From Camelus dromedarius (taxonomy: Eukaryota): a DNA stretch of 64,000 nt. Below the pieces are notes generated by a model. The model searched no databases. It was given only the letters and a program-made list of their open reading frames with translations, and was not told the DNA's origin. Location of the stretch: the NCBI RefSeq assembly GCF_036321535.1, contig NC_087436.1:60204001-60268000 (forward strand). Reading direction: 5' to 3'. This document shows, piece after piece, positions 39,601-50,770 of the stretch; position 1 is the first letter of the stretch, and the number at the start of each line of letters is the position of its first letter. The translations under genes were made by a program, and so were the position numbers.

Positions 39601-42600
39601 CTCTATGAATAGCAAAAACAAAAACAACGAAATATTTTGCACAGTTTTACAAGAGAACTTTGACAAGAGCCTAGTACCCTGGATAGCTCCCTTGCATCAA
39701 AGGTGACTGGAGAGACTGAGGTCTAGCAGGTTGAAAGGGGGACTGAAGGATCTCCAAAACTTCAAATTTACCAATCTATCCTACCTTCAAATTAAAATGC
39801 TTTGGCTTTTAAAATACCTCATCCGATCACTTCCTGCATTAGACCTCTGGGGCTATGCATTTTCTGTATCATCATTCAATGAACCTGACTCTCCTCAGAA
39901 ATATCCTGGGAGGCATTCCTTCTTACTCCTCACTAGACAGTTAGCACTGCAGTGTCTTTATCCTTTCAGTGTTTTGGACTCAGGAGCCCCATGATTCTCC
40001 CCACCCCAAGATGCTTCCTCTCCCTCTGATCAACTTAGACCCTCCCACTGCAGGGTCCCTCATCCTTTCAAAAGCTGAACTGGTATTGATGAAGAAGATA
40101 CCTGCCAATACCCCTCAAAGTTAATTTTAGCCATAATGTTGTTATAAATTTATATGCTTGCTGTGTACAAATTTGTAGTGACTCTGATGGCCCAATTTAG
40201 TAATCTACACTTTATTTTTAAAATTACTGCTATAGAAGGTACATTCTAACTTTTCAGTAACTCATTTATTAATGAATATTTCTGGTTTTCTTGGGTCTGT
40301 TTGCACATGAATATGGTATTAAAAATTGAAAAAATCAAACTATTCTTGAGCTATCTGCCTGTAGTTAGCATTCCTTTGAAAATTCAGGAACCCTGACACA
40401 CAGACTCATTGGTTTTGTTATCAATAAGATATTTTGAAACTTTACCTGAAGTAAGTTATTTAGTCTGCATTTCTAATACTGAATTTGAGTCTGGTTTAGA
40501 GGTATGTTTTTCCTTTTCTTAATCATCTCATCTAATGTGTTCTCCCCTTTAAAGCTTTTCCTGAATGTCTTAAAGAATACTGTATTAGAAAGGCACAGTC
40601 ACTAAACACATTTCATATATTCAGACTTAATGCACTGGTAATTTGTATATCTACAAATAAACAAAAAACAATCAAACAAATAAAAATAGTTGAAGAATTG
40701 CCTAGAATGTTAAAGCCTATATCTGCATTTATTTCTGCCATGTCTTTATTCATATATACTTGTATGGTTTTATTTATAAACCTAATATAGGTTGGTGACG
40801 TATCATTTGTTGCTATTGCCAAAACCAAACAAACAAAAACCAAAAAAAGCCACACATACAACAACTCATTAACAGAATCATAGTATTAAACTTTTCAGGG
40901 AAGAAGTAACTGCAGTGAACAGGTACATAAGAAATATGACATGCTAGTCTGAATTTGGTTGATAAGGAAAGCGTATCACTAAAACTCCCAGAAAAGTTGA
41001 ATTAAGGCAGTATACCTGGCTTAACAAACATTTCCTGAACACAGAAATACCCCTAGGTTTCATTAATGAAACTTAGAGAAAGTATCACACAGTCCGGAGT
41101 ATGTTTCTTTAACACATTCAAATAAGGTCATAAAGGAGAAAGGAGAAGAGCCAGGTCATCTTGAAATAAACAATTGTAATTGTGAGAAATAAACAACTGA
41201 ATAAGAGAAACAGGCAAACCCTAAAGAATTCATATGCAAATTCTGCCCATATTTGTGTACATATATCACATTTAGTCACCAAAAAAGATATGGAAGAATA
41301 TGTATTCTATTTATGTGGATAATTTGTTCAGGAACCATATGTGGTGCATTCTTTTTGAAACAGACTGACTTATACATAATAAGCATTTACAAAATGTTTG
41401 TTGTCAGTGGTGATAAATGAGGTACCTCTATAGCAGGACACAGCCAGATAAGGGAAGATGACATGTAGCAAAATGAGGCAGTCTAATGATGGTTAGAACC
41501 TGGAACTAGACCTGCCTTGTAGTCTGGAAAGCAATATACAGACCTAGCTGTAAATACTTCCAAGAAGTCCAACCAGCCTGCATACCTGAGAGTGGGGCAA
41601 TATGCCAAAAGTGGTTGGCATCATGGAGGTCCAAGAGTGAGTACTGCAAATGAAGCATATCTCTAAGAGCTGGCAACGTTTAGGCATCCAGGAAAGTGGT
41701 TACTGTGGTGGGGGTGGTGAGTCTGCTGGCAGATAAAAAGGTCAGGAAATGATGTGGTTTCAGAGGTAGGAGCCCAGTCCTTAAAGAAATAGAGAAGGCT
41801 CTATAAATAAGTTATCATATGAGAGCTGGACATCATGGGTGGCTTGATGTTAAGTCCCAAAGTGTTGAGACTAGAAGCCAGTCCATCTTACCACTACATA
41901 GAAGAATTGGTCCTAAATCAGGAGCATGACTGAGGCTCCAGTTAAAGATTAAATGATTCCAGTGACAGTCTAAACAGAATCTCACAAAAAGCTACAAAGT
42001 AGGCCATAAGTAATGTACTCAGTGAAACAACCAATTATTTTTTTCTTGTTGATAACTTGCATCTACTTTTATTCATGTTATTGACTGATTTAAACAAATT
42101 ATGAAAATAAAATTTTGCCCAGCTAGTCTAGTAGAGGGCTTCAGAATAACCAGATTTAACTCTGATTGTCCGACAGTCAATGGACGTCCATAGAGCCAGC
42201 CTTTAAAAATTTCCTTTGCTGCAAAGATTTGAATATTGGTTAAACACATATTTAAATAAATAAGTTAAAGATTAAAAGCCAAAAGAAACTAAACTGATAC
42301 GACCATGTAATATTTTTTTCTTCTCATGGGAGTCAAAATGAATTAACAGACGGCACCTAAGGTCAACTTTGCTTGAGTATGGTACTCAAGGCTGTGTGTG
42401 AAGTATTCCAGAAGATAAGCTGCATATCTCCAAATATGGAGACTATCTAATGTTTGAGCATTCTCTGCATTAAGGTACTCATTCTGAAAATTACACTTGG
42501 TTACATCTTAAATTTCCACTAACAAGTTTGGAGAGTCTAACCAGTTGGGGTAAAAGAATTGTGATTGAGTGGCACTGGGGATAAACAACTTCGGTACTGA

Positions 42601-42839
42601 AAAGAGCAATAAGAAGATGGGAGCCTCAGCCTTGCAAGTCCTCCATCACTTGTTCCAATCACCCAAGACACAATAATGGCATCTCTGAAGATAATGGCAA
42701 CAGGGTGAGTAATGCACAGATATTGCTGGGCTCTGAGTTAAATCAGAATAAGGAGAAAATACACTTCACATTTTCTGTCTACTGGTTTCATAATTTATTC
42801 ATCGTTGTAATAAAAAAAAAAGTCAAAGTTTGGTGTAGG

Positions 42840-42990
42840 TAGCTTGGCAGATCACAGAACAGAACCTCAGTTTCCTCACCTCTAAAATACGCACAAAACT
42901 TTATAATATTAGGAGAACTGCATGGCATAACCTATTTAAGTGCTTATCATGGAAGTCATGTTCAGCACATTATAGCCATTGCTGTTGTTG
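42840..42990 (+). mobile_element. MIR fragment
   Basis: CTTGGCAGATCAC...CCTCAGTTTCCTCACCTCTAAAAT core. Confidence 0.7.
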
Positions 42991-43124
42991 TTAACAAACA
43001 TCTCATCACTTGCAAAATAGAAAGAAAAACAATACCTATATTTACATATATTCCAGGACTCCTTTAAAATATTTTTTAAAGTGTCAGTCTTTGGAACATA
43101 ATATACCCTTAGAATGAAGGTATA

Positions 43125-43400
43125 CACTCATTCAACAAATAATTATTTATGTGTTTGCCACTGTTAATACCTAATGATACAATACTGAACCAATCACACA
43201 AACACACATATAATTAAAACTGCAATGACTATCACAAAGTAGAGGAACAGAGAACTAAAACAATGTATCAGAGAGAAACTGATGTAGCAAAGGAGGCCAA
43301 GGAAGGTTGACTGAGCTCATACCTGAAAGGAGGAAGATGCGACAAGAGGGGCAGGGAGGGAGGATAAGAAGGAGAGGGAAGGGTTACTAAGAGAGATACA
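43125..43400 (-). mobile_element. L2 fragment
   Basis: CACTCATTCAACAAATAATTATT...GGAGGCCAAGGAAGG...TGAGCTCATACCTGAAAG. Confidence 0.7.
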
Positions 43401-43880
43401 GGATTGGAACACATTATCTTTGATCCTGAAAGATGTAGAGATGTGGTCTAAAATTTATTTCAGTAATAAGACTTCGGGAGAACATTCCACACTTGTGAAG
43501 TTATAGTTGCAGAACCGTAATCTTATAGAGAAGATGATAATAAATGCCAAAACCAAAAATATCACATAAAAGTCAAGAAAACTAAACAAAAAATAGTCAA
43601 TCCTTGTATACTGTGCATATTTTTTGTTCTGTAAATGACTACCAGTAAGGTCAGCCGGAGGTCATTACCGTTCAGTTAAATTCTATACATATAGATTGCT
43701 TCTCCAGTCAACAGCAAATATGTGCTTAGGAATTAGACTCATTTTTTAGTTCAATTAAGATGAAAATGTTCTGATGGTGAGTATAGTATTTTCCAGGTCT
43801 AAATAGCTAAAGCTTAGTTATCTCTACCAGTTGAAGAAAGTATTTAGGTACAAAATAGGTGGAAGACACTGCCTTCAAGT

Positions 43881-44020
43881 CAGTGGTTCTCCTACTTTAG
43901 GGTGCATAAGAATCACATAGAGGACTCCACCAAAGTTTCTGATTCAATCATTCAACGGGATTGCATTTTAACAAGTTCACTGGTGCTTTTGCCCAGGGAA
44001 CCACATTTTGAGAACTACTG
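43881..44020. mobile_element. MER5A-like hAT-Charlie MITE
   Basis: Terminal inverted repeats CAGTGGTTCTC / GAGAACTACTG. Internal AGAATCAC, GTTTCTGATTCA, TTGCATTTTAACAAGTTC. Confidence 0.85.
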
Positions 44021-47000
44021 CCCCTAGGTTAAGAATTTGCCATTAAATAATAAAATGTTTCCTTATAAATGACCTTTAGATTTTATTTAGTATCAAAATG
44101 TTACAGTGTTCAAAAATTTTAATAAATTTAGTTAAAATTGTAAATATAGCGTAAAAAATGCAAAACCAAAAATGACATTTTAAGTTATTCTAGGTATCAG
44201 GCCAGAAATTTTGCCAAACAACAAACTTTATCTGTCAAAGTTCTAAGCAGAAATTTTTTTAAATTGTAATATCATACCATAGACCCTAGCAAACATTTTC
44301 AACCACTGATTTTTTTTTTTTTTGCCATTTTGTTTAGCCCACATAAAGACAGTTTAAACTGAAATACAGTCATTTTAAAGCAAGAACTGATAGTTTTATC
44401 AACTGCAGTTTAGACTGGTCAGTTTTACAGTTTTATGTTATATTTAGTTTAAGCTACATGTTGAAGTATGTTTCTTTTGTTAGTGTCTGTCATCAATCTC
44501 TTCATCTTTTCTTACTGCTTCTCCCACCCCAGACTTCATGTTTTATTGTTAACTGCCACTCTTGCATAGTGAAGATAATATTGCTGATAGAAGCATATGT
44601 CCTCAATATAAAGCAAACAGATTTTGTCACTATCCAGTAGGGAAATCATGCAGAAGCTGTCAGTCATACAGTAGGAGAGATTACATTATCAAAGTGATAC
44701 ACCTGTGACATATAGTGCAAAACCAAACTCAAAAGAGACCAATTAACAGATATGCTGGTCTATACCTTGACTGCATTGGAAATCATTCCATTCCTGCATG
44801 AATATGAAATTGATGATTTAATAGGCTTTTCACTTCTGTAATAACTCATATCTATTCACCGTCAACAAAATATATATGAAAGTCTTTTAATTCAGCTAAT
44901 CTGAAAGTAATTCTATTCTGTTATTTATTGAAAGTCATATCTAATATTTGTACTATTTCCTTACTGTCACCATAACATACTTCTGGGGTGTCATATTGAA
45001 TAGGGAATCTCAATGTCAAGTCAGATCTTTCCCCTTATGTTCTTAAAACAGGGAAATGCATTTTAAAGTTTTGTGCTTGTATAAAAACAACTATATATAC
45101 AAAGAAGAAATAACTAAGTTCAAAATGTTTAGAGATAAAGCATGCTATTAGTAATACAATCTATATATCAAAAGATAGTTACAACATCTTTAAAACTGTT
45201 GTTACAATTCTAAAATTGTTCACAAGCCCCACATCATAGCTGTATATTCATGAAAAATAATGTAAGGATAGATTAACTATAATGCAGATGCATTCTAATA
45301 ACTTTAAAAATATAGAAAATATGTTAATGAGTTATATATTTCATATGAATAAAATATTAAGCATTCAATGACTGCTCACTATTAACACAGTTTTGGTTTT
45401 GTTTTTTTTTTTAACATTATCTCATACTTTTTCCTTTAGAGCAAATCTAATAAAGGTTAGTTAAGGATGTACCCTAAACACCTCATTTCATGTGATGCCA
45501 CCTTGGTATTAACATGAAATTCAACACTTTAGTGTGATGAGGTATATTTAAATATTTAGAGTAAGTATTCTCTATAAATATATATCGAGCATATTTTTCA
45601 TTAAAAGGCAAGATAAAATCAATGATCTGTCTTCTTAGGTACAGAAATATTGACAACTAACTCCAAGAATACAGTGTACAGAATGCTGTACACAGAAACT
45701 GACTCACCCTGAACTTTGCACAGCAAATTCAGCCACTTTGCAATATCAAAATCTATTTCAAAACAAACTTATCTTTCTTTAGACCTTTTGTTCTTTTCTA
45801 CAAATTTATGAGATTTGCATCTTATACCTTATATTCTCACCCACAAACCACTAATCCTATTCATCCCTCAAGATCAAGACCAAGCAAGTCTTACCTACCT
45901 TGGCAGCCTTTTCAGACATAATCCAGTATGAAATGTTACTGTCATGCTCTGAACTCCTGCAGTCTTCATTAGAGATGCAATCTCTTATTGTCAAGGGTTG
46001 TTAACTCTGTTCAAGCATGAGCATCAGATTGGCCCCAAGTGGAGAGTAAGCTCCTGAAGGGCAGGAGGAAGCAAGGAAGTCTTATGCTCCTCCACAATAG
46101 GCCCTTTATTATGAATACTATGCTGAGTAATAAAATGGAGTAAGGTGTTCAATATCAACAAAATGTAGTATTTTTCATTTTCTACTTCATAAGTCTGATG
46201 TAAATTAACATTCTATAGTATAAAATATATCATTAAAATAATAAAGTTGCTCATTCTCTGATGTCAAAGAAAAAAGTATTCATAAATATTACTTTTTAAT
46301 GATTGCAATAATACAGCTCATCAAGTACATTTAAAATTTTCCCATTACTTCTACATTCCAATGATTCAGGAAAATTAAGGTAACAACCCTCAGAGTAGGG
46401 CCTCAGGCCAAGTTCTAATGTAATATATATAACTGCACGTGCTCCACTGTTAAAAATGTATTTTAAACCAATATGAACGTAACCAAATCAAAATAACAAA
46501 TTCTTAACTCTGTTTTGTCTTCAAAATAAACAGGACTCTTAAGGAAAGCTACTTTCACACTGGAAAAACAGAAACATTTGGCATGTTTTGATCAAAATAA
46601 GGAGCTCCTTAATACCAAATGAAGACAAATCAGTCTGACAATCAGTTGGTCAATCTACTTCTCTTCTCTGTGAAATTATTGAACTAGTAGTTGCAATATG
46701 AAATTTCAATGTTTTAAAAACACTGTGCTTGGCAGGCGCTTAGTGACATCCCAATTTAAAATAATGAGGACAACCCATCATTGGTTCTATGAAAACACAG
46801 GTTGCCACTTTTAAGAACATAAATTTGCTAACGCACATAAAGGGTCCTAAGGCATCTTTATGCTTCAAGTTATGTCTTTGGTATTTGTGCCTGTTATAAA
46901 GCAAATAGAAACAGAAAGCAAAACAAACTGATTGTGTTGTAGCCTCGATTAATAGTATTTTAGATCTTTTCTTCATAGCTAGTTCTAATTCTAATCAGTA

Positions 47001-47774
47001 ATAATCGATATAAACTCATCCAGGTGTCCGCCTCTCTTTTCCCCAAAGCTTTTAATAAACCCAACTTTACGGTAAAATGTGTGCACATTATTTTTAATAG
47101 CCTTTCTAGGGGTAGAGATGAAGGATATGTGTTACATATCAGTAGGAAGGTATTCAACCGTAAAAATATTAGAAATGAAAGCTGCTGAAACCAAGTAGGT
47201 ACCTTCTGTCTTGTAGGTACTATTGATGGCCTGAAGAGGTAAGAGGAGTGGAGACTAAGTACATAAAAACATTAAAGGGCAAGAGATGAGCAACTTCTAA
47301 GAAGCCTTTTTCTTATATCTGTAAAATGACAAGTGATTTTCTGACATCCTTCACTCATATTCAAGGTCCCACAAGAGGGGGAAGAAAAGCAGAATTGCTT
47401 CTAATTCTGAGAAAGAAGAGGGGAGAGAGAGGAAAGAAGGAAAAAAAAAAAAGGAGAGGGAGAGAGAGAAGCTCAGGAAACACGGAAGGAAACCCCGAGA
47501 AATTTCACAACTCTTTGCCATAAATAGCCTTTCTTCTCACTCTGCATACCTCCTCCTTTACATCAGCAAGGCTCAGCCTCCACGCGCAGAGAAGCACCAT
47601 TCACAAATCCCTCCGTCACCCCATCACGCACCCCTGCCCGTTGATGGCACTGCGTGTACAAGTCCCTGGGACACAAGCCAAAGGGGGGGGGGGAGGACAC
47701 CTGCGGTTTCAGCTCAGGACTGATTTTCTTTCCAGGTGAACCAATGCATTGATTAGTCAGGATCGCGAGCGTGA

Positions 47775-47809
47775 ACACGCACACGCGCGCACACTCACAC
47801 ACGCGCGCG

Positions 47810-47845
<36 letters not shown>

Positions 47846-47846
47846 T
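47775..47846. repeat. Compound (CG)n(CA)n microsatellite
   Basis: Unbroken pyrimidine-purine alternation 47796-47846, including a 17-nt CG run (47802-47818). Confidence 0.95.
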
Positions 47847-48694
47847 CCTTGGAGCCCTTGACGCGCCACCACAAAGCAATTTGTCCACACGAAGTCGCCG
47901 CTGTTCCTGCCGCCGCTGGGGAGGTTCTCGCCTCCAATCCAGGAAGCCAGCGCCAGAGGACGAGCGGGCGGAGGCAAGAGGCCGTCCCGGCTCCGGCACT
48001 GCGGCTCCACCAGGAGCCCCGGGCTCCCCGCCCCCTCCCCCCCCACCACCCCTCCCCGCAGCGGCCCCCGCCCCGGTGCCCGCAGCCGGCGGCGCCGCCG
48101 CTGCCCGGCCACCCCTACCTGCGGGACACGAACGGCGAGGGAGGGGAGCGGCCCCCAGCCTGCGCCAACTCTTGCCTCCTTGGCCCGCCGCGCTCCGCGG
48201 AGCCCTGAAGTGGCCGCCACGGACGCGCGGAGCAGAGTGCTCAGGAGCGCGGAGGAAAAGGCCACGCAGCGCGCCCGGAGTCGCGGGCCCAAGGCGAGCG
48301 ACCCCGTCCGCCTCCCTCCCACCCCGCCCGCGAGACTAAGTCTCCGCGCCGCGCACGCCGGGCCGGCGGCCGGCGCCCCGGGCCTGGGCGGGGACTGCTC
48401 CAGGGCGGCCCGGGCAAGGCGCGGTCACCTGCCTGGCGGTCCTCCCGCGTCCGCCGGGAGCTGGCCCCAGTGCCGCGGGGACGCGAAGCGCGACCCTGAG
48501 GGCGCGGGGGCACAGGGGGCGTTACTACCTTGAGGGCTCCGCGCCGCTTGGTAAGGCTTCTCCCGGGCACTCGGGGATTTATGTCTTCGGGGCACGGGGG
48601 TGTCTTTCCTGGGCCCCCTCCTCTGCCCTCCCTCCCCTTCTCGGCTGTTGGGCTCCTTCTCTCCACTCCCAGTTGCAGAGTCGAGCTGCGTTAT

Positions 48695-48769
48695 TTAATA
48701 ATCCTCCTGCTCCTCCTGCCTGCGCCAGCAGAGCTGCTCTGCCTGAGCCACCGCTTCCCAGTCAGTCAT
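48695..48769 (-). CDS. Upstream ORF, 24 aa MTDWEAVAQAEQLCWRRQEEQEDY
   Basis: Only ATG in the predicted exon 1, context CACAACATGA (A-3), stop TAA. Translation is not demonstrated. Confidence 0.5.
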   Translation of the reverse strand: MTDWEAVAQAEQLCWRRQEEQEDY

Positions 48770-48775
48770 GTTGTG

Positions 48776-48793
48776 GAGAGAGAGAGAGAGAGA
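48776..48793. repeat. (GA)9 / (TC)9 microsatellite in the 5' UTR
   Basis: GAGAGAGAGAGAGAGAGA, ending 6 nt 5' of the uORF ATG on the minus strand. Confidence 0.9.
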
Positions 48794-48954
48794 CGCGGAT
48801 TGGCAGTCGGTCGGCGACTGCGGTGAGAGAGAGAAGAGCAGAGCAAGAGGAGGGCAGAGGAGGGACGTGGGGAGGCGCTTCCAAGTGTGTGAGTGCGCGG
48901 AGTGTGACTGAGTGGGGGACACCAGAGTCACCTCCTCGGCAGGCCGCGCTCCCA

Positions 48955-48992
48955 GACTGTGAGGAGGGCGGCGGCGAGCGCGGCCTTTTATA
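48955..48992 (-). promoter_or_regulatory. TATA box plus initiator
   Basis: Minus-strand TATAAAAGG (48992-48984) in GC-rich flanks. BBCA+1BW match CTCACA with A at 48960. Confidence 0.75.
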
Positions 48993-50559
48993 AGGGCCCG
49001 GGGGGGAGGGGTGAAGCTGGGGAGGGGGTGGTTCCGAGGGCGGCGCCCGGCCAACTGCGTCCGCGGGTTACCACGCACGCATACTCATACATTAAGGCGC
49101 GCACACCCACGGCTGGCCCGTAGCTGAGTTTTCGTTTTCAGGGGAAGCCGTATCCGACCGTGCTGACTTGGCTTTCTTCTCGGCCCATCCTCAAATGTAT
49201 GTCGGGTCCAAGTGCACTGGCAGGTCAAGAATGAAAAAGAAGGGGAATCTGAAGCTTTGCAAAGGGACCGAGGCAATACTGAAAATGCACCGTATCTTTT
49301 CTCTCCCAACCAGATGCTATTATCTTCATTCTCTTCTACCTCCCAGGGAGGAAATTGTGAGATCCTTTCTCCTCTTTTTCTTCTCACCCAGCCTATTCAC
49401 ATTCTGTCACATCTTTTCCCTCAAAGGCCGCAAGGAAAGAAACCTGGCTTCTTTTATCTAAGCAGATCACACCTCCCAGGAAATTTTTACAGCAGTCATT
49501 TCTTCTGTAAGATAACAGAAGCACTGGGACTGTGACTTGATGGGGAACTTGTGTTCCTACACGTAAGGTCCTCGACAACACGGGAATTACAAACAGAACC
49601 AGCTACCGTTTTGACATCATTTGACTGATGGCCCTCTGGAGAAATTTTGCCATTTTAGTGATGGAGAAAACTTCTGATGCATGGTGCTGCGGTTTACCTA
49701 ATTTATTTTCCCTGATCTTCTCTCCTATTGCACTGCCTCATTTCCTTTTAGGTTTGCCATGGGTCCTGAACTCTCCCATCCATCCGCTTCTTTATCTCCG
49801 CTCCTGTGTATTTATGTCTTTAGCAGGCCAGACAGCTGATGGAGTGCATTTAATTCTGTGTGTGTGTTGGAAACACTTTTTAAACCAATTCTGGTGGCTT
49901 GTAGGACCATTTCTAGATAGATAATGCATCCCCAATATCAAGTTTGTACACCTACCAACAGCTCCCTTACACTCTAACTGCCCTCCTGCCCAGAGTATAG
50001 GATCTTTGTGATCTGGTGCACTACTGTATTAGCAAACAGCTTACAGGAATCAAGAACCTATGCTTCTTTTATGCTTGTGTGTGTGAGAGAGAGAGCATTG
50101 TAAACAATCTGGTAACAATCTGACTTATGAATTGTGAATATATTGAGTGTAAAAGAAAGATGTACTTTTTGAATGAATATTAGTGGTCAATGTGTATTTT
50201 GGTATGGGGGCAACCCTGCTTTAAGGTGACAACTGTGGGAAACTTTCTTCATAAATGTAACAAAAGAAAGTTAAGAATTATCTAAGAGGCTAGGGTTGAC
50301 AACTTAGTTTTTATATTTCTTTATTAGTAGCTGTGACCATTGCTATGTCCTTAGGTTTTTGGTATATGCTGGCCCATTATATATTCTCCATTTATTTTGC
50401 CTTTACTATTGATTTTCCTTTCCCCTAATTCTTCCATGTCTCATACAAACAGTTTAGAATCCATCAAAGTCCACTAAAAGTGGCTTAAACTTATCATGAA
50501 GAAAGGGGAGCAAAGTTGGAACCAGCAGACACATATATCAATAACATACACATACATTA

Positions 50560-50770
50560 TAGTTCCTGATTAAGCACTGTTAAAGGGATATGCTAACAAA
50601 AGATGTTGAAATTTAATGTGTATGGGCCCGGTGAAAAAGCTTATCATTTCTTCAATTTTATACATCAGGAAAGTCAGATTTGGAGAGGGCACGTAGTTAA
50701 CCATAGGTCATGTACAGATTAAATGATGCAGCTGCAACTCAACCTGTCTGCCTTACTCTACTGCCTCCCA
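50560..50770 (-). mobile_element. MIR (diverged)
   Basis: ATTTTATACATCAGGAAAGTCAGATTTGGAGAGGGCACGTAGTTAACCATAGGTCATGTACAG...AACTCAACCTGTCTG. Confidence 0.65.

Larger units (their letters stand above)
1..48528 (-). other. CCSER1: First intron (partial, continues beyond window start) of the minus-strand gene initiating at the CpG island
   Basis: Begins at donor AAG|GTAGTA (48529/48528). No canonical coding exon recognised in 48 kb. The four recognisable LTR-derived elements inside lie antisense to it. Gene name is recalled, not database-checked. Confidence 0.6.
48529..48960 (-). other. CCSER1: First (5' UTR) exon, probably CCSER1
   Basis: Starts ~32 nt after TATAAAA at an Inr-like CTCACA and ends at AAG|GTAGTA. 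GCAGGAGGAGCAGGAGGATTATTAAATAACGCAGCT...CCCCGAAGACATAAATCCC...GGAGCCCTCAAG matches my recollection of the human CCSER1 5' UTR. Confidence 0.65.
47560..49210. promoter_or_regulatory. CpG island spanning promoter, exon 1 and the start of intron 1
   Basis: Abrupt shift from AT-rich, CpG-poor DNA to very GC- and CpG-rich sequence with GC boxes (e.g. CCCCGCCCC). Confidence 0.95.

Noticed and set aside
41053..41076. 16-bp perfect palindrome GTTTCATTAATGAAAC
   Set aside because: About one or two such palindromes are expected by chance in 64 kb of AT-rich DNA (rough estimate).
48551..49141. Possible plus-strand antisense intron (TTG|GTAAGG to TTTTCGTTTTCAG|G)
   Set aside because: Motif coincidence only, with no well-placed branch point and no evidence for an antisense transcript.
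47563..49535. Many overlapping 60-196 aa ORFs on both strands of the CpG island
   Set aside because: Low-complexity Pro/Ala/Arg/Gly translations, several apparently starting at non-ATG codons. Expected from stop-codon scarcity in GC-rich DNA and from microsatellites. Only the internal 24-aa ATG ORF was kept.
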